Part shown: in pieces, positions 62,503 to 64,000 of the stretch
Position numbering within the stretch: position 1 is the stretch's first letter
Layout of the letters: every line of letters starts with the position of its first letter
Source of the DNA: Lama glama
Lineage: Eukaryota
Assembly (NCBI GenBank): GCA_028534125.1
Contig: CM052817.1
Coordinates: 13,766,001-13,830,000, forward strand
Length of the DNA: 64,000 nt
Direction of reading: 5' to 3'
Notes under the pieces: model-generated
Seen by the model: the letters and a program-made list of their open reading frames with translations, nothing else
The model's database searches: none
What the model was told of the DNA's origin: nothing
Program-made: the position numbers and the translations under genes

Positions 62503-63235
62503 ATTCCGCCCTGTCCACACCAAGCTCCCTCCCACCAAAGGGTTTTGTCCCTCCTGTAGTGAGGATGCCCTGAAATTCCCACATATCCCACCTATCAGTA
62601 CAAGTGTCACGTCTTAAGGGGAAACTTTTCTTCCTCCCTGTCTAGGTCACGTCTCTTCTATATTCTCCTCAGTGTCACATGCCTCTTCCTTTGAGCACTC
62701 ATCCAGGGACTCTTCAGTGCCACAGTGTCTCCCTCCCCAAGGTCGTCAGTGAGGCAGACTTCAAAGTGGCTTCAGGAGCTGTGGGCATCCACCAGGAAGC
62801 CAGGGCAGAAGTGCAGGTGAGTGCATATAAAATACGCCTTAGGACACCCAGAGATAACTGAGGGAGGTGACTGCCAGTGCAATGCAGGTGGGGAGAAATT
62901 CAAACGTTAATACAAACAAAGCTTCATTGAGTTGGTGGCTTTCTGATGGTTTGGAAAGTTCATGCTACGAATGTTTGCTGAATAAAAGACTTAATGTCAG
63001 TAGAGCCGTCCTCTAAGAAATGGTGAAAAGTTTTACAAAAAGTCTTAAGGTCCACATTCACTTGTGAATCCAAGCAGCTCAGAGTCACCACACTTTAATT
63101 TTAATAGTGTTTTGCTTTATGCTACTGGATCTTCAAGAGGTTCTCACTGATCAGCAGTGCAGGAAACAGAGGCATTGATATAAATGGGGACATTAGCTGC
63201 CATTCAAGAATCCAAAGGAAGAAACTAACAAGAGT

Positions 63236-63281
63236 TATTTTAGTTTAGTTTAGATTAGTTTAGTTTAGCTTTGTTTTGTTA
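63236..63281. repeat. Imperfect (TTTAG)n/(TTTTG)n pentanucleotide repeat
   Basis: 'atttagtttagtttagattagtttagtttagctttgttttgtt'. Confidence 0.85.
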
Positions 63282-63379
63282 TGCTTTACTTCTCAAGATT
63301 AATAGTTATTCGCCATCTACAAGACAAATTTCTTCACCTGGATTTCAACTGAGAACAGCCAGGTTGCAATGTCTCATTA

Positions 63380-63635
63380 AGGGAGGAAAGGGGGTGGGGA
63401 GGGATAAATTGGGAGCTTGAGATTCATAGATACTAACTACTATATACAAAATAGATAAACAGGGTCCTACTGTATAGCACAGGGAACTATATTCAATACC
63501 TTTTAATGGCCTATAATGAAAAAGAATATGAAAAGGAGTATTTATACATATGTATAAATGAACCACTATGCTATATACCAGAAATTAACACAACATTGAA
63601 AATTGATTATACTTCAATTTATTAAAAAAAAAAAG
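63380..63635 (+). mobile_element. Cetartiodactyl-type L1 3' UTR end
   Basis: 'gggagggataaattgggagcttgagatt...ctactgtatagcacagggaactatattcaatacc...aattaacacaacattg' plus poly(A). Confidence 0.92.
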
Positions 63636-64000
63636 AATGATGTGACTTTTTCTGCTCAGGTAGATGCTCATTATCCAGTGTGCTCAATCTTTCATATTTC
63701 TGGGAACCCTATCTCTAAAGGGCAAGGAACTGTCTCATTACCCTCCATCCAAACCCAGCACTGCTGGTTGGCTCTCACTTAGTAAGGAGTAAGCATCACT
63801 TCTGTAAGGAAACAAAGTCAGCGACTGGCTATCTGGTCATCCCCAGGCCTCCCAGCTTCCATAAATATTCCTTATATTTTGTTTTCATGACCTCTTAATC
63901 TGACTCTCTTATGTCAAATACTTTGACTTGGAGGCATGGCTTTCCCAAAGAATTTCAGTATATTTAATGACTGAAGTAATATAAATACAGTATTCAAAAT

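Noticed and set aside
1..64000. Prokaryote-type systems (CRISPR, operons, defence islands) or an intact ERV or transposase
   Set aside because: The sequence is mammalian, with no long non-gap ORFs, regular repeat-spacer arrays or gag/pol/env/transposase coding remnants that I could recognise.

Overview
This is eutherian mammalian non-coding DNA (intergenic or deep intronic), AT-rich and dense in interspersed repeats. Two tRNA-Ala-derived SINEs and the L1 3' ends point to a camelid (inference). I saw no Alu, B1/B2, BovB/Bov-tA, PRE1 or CanSINE elements. I could not support any host protein-coding exon. The only ORF with recognisable homology is an L1 ORF2p C-terminal fragment (50941-51207, minus). 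The window has two exact 500-N gaps (7771-8270, 35772-36271), plus MIR, L2, L1, MaLR/ERV1 LTR and hAT fossils and several microsatellites. Candidate regulatory elements include an orphan CpG-island-like segment with a strong CTCF motif (~31240-31690), two more CTCF-like motifs, and a minus-strand TATA box followed by a splice donor (~19.5-19.95 kb). I found no convincing new biological system; the best leads are possible unannotated promoters or exons and informative retrotransposition structures. Repeat family names are recalled from consensus sequences and boundaries are approximate; RepeatMasker/Dfam should confirm them.
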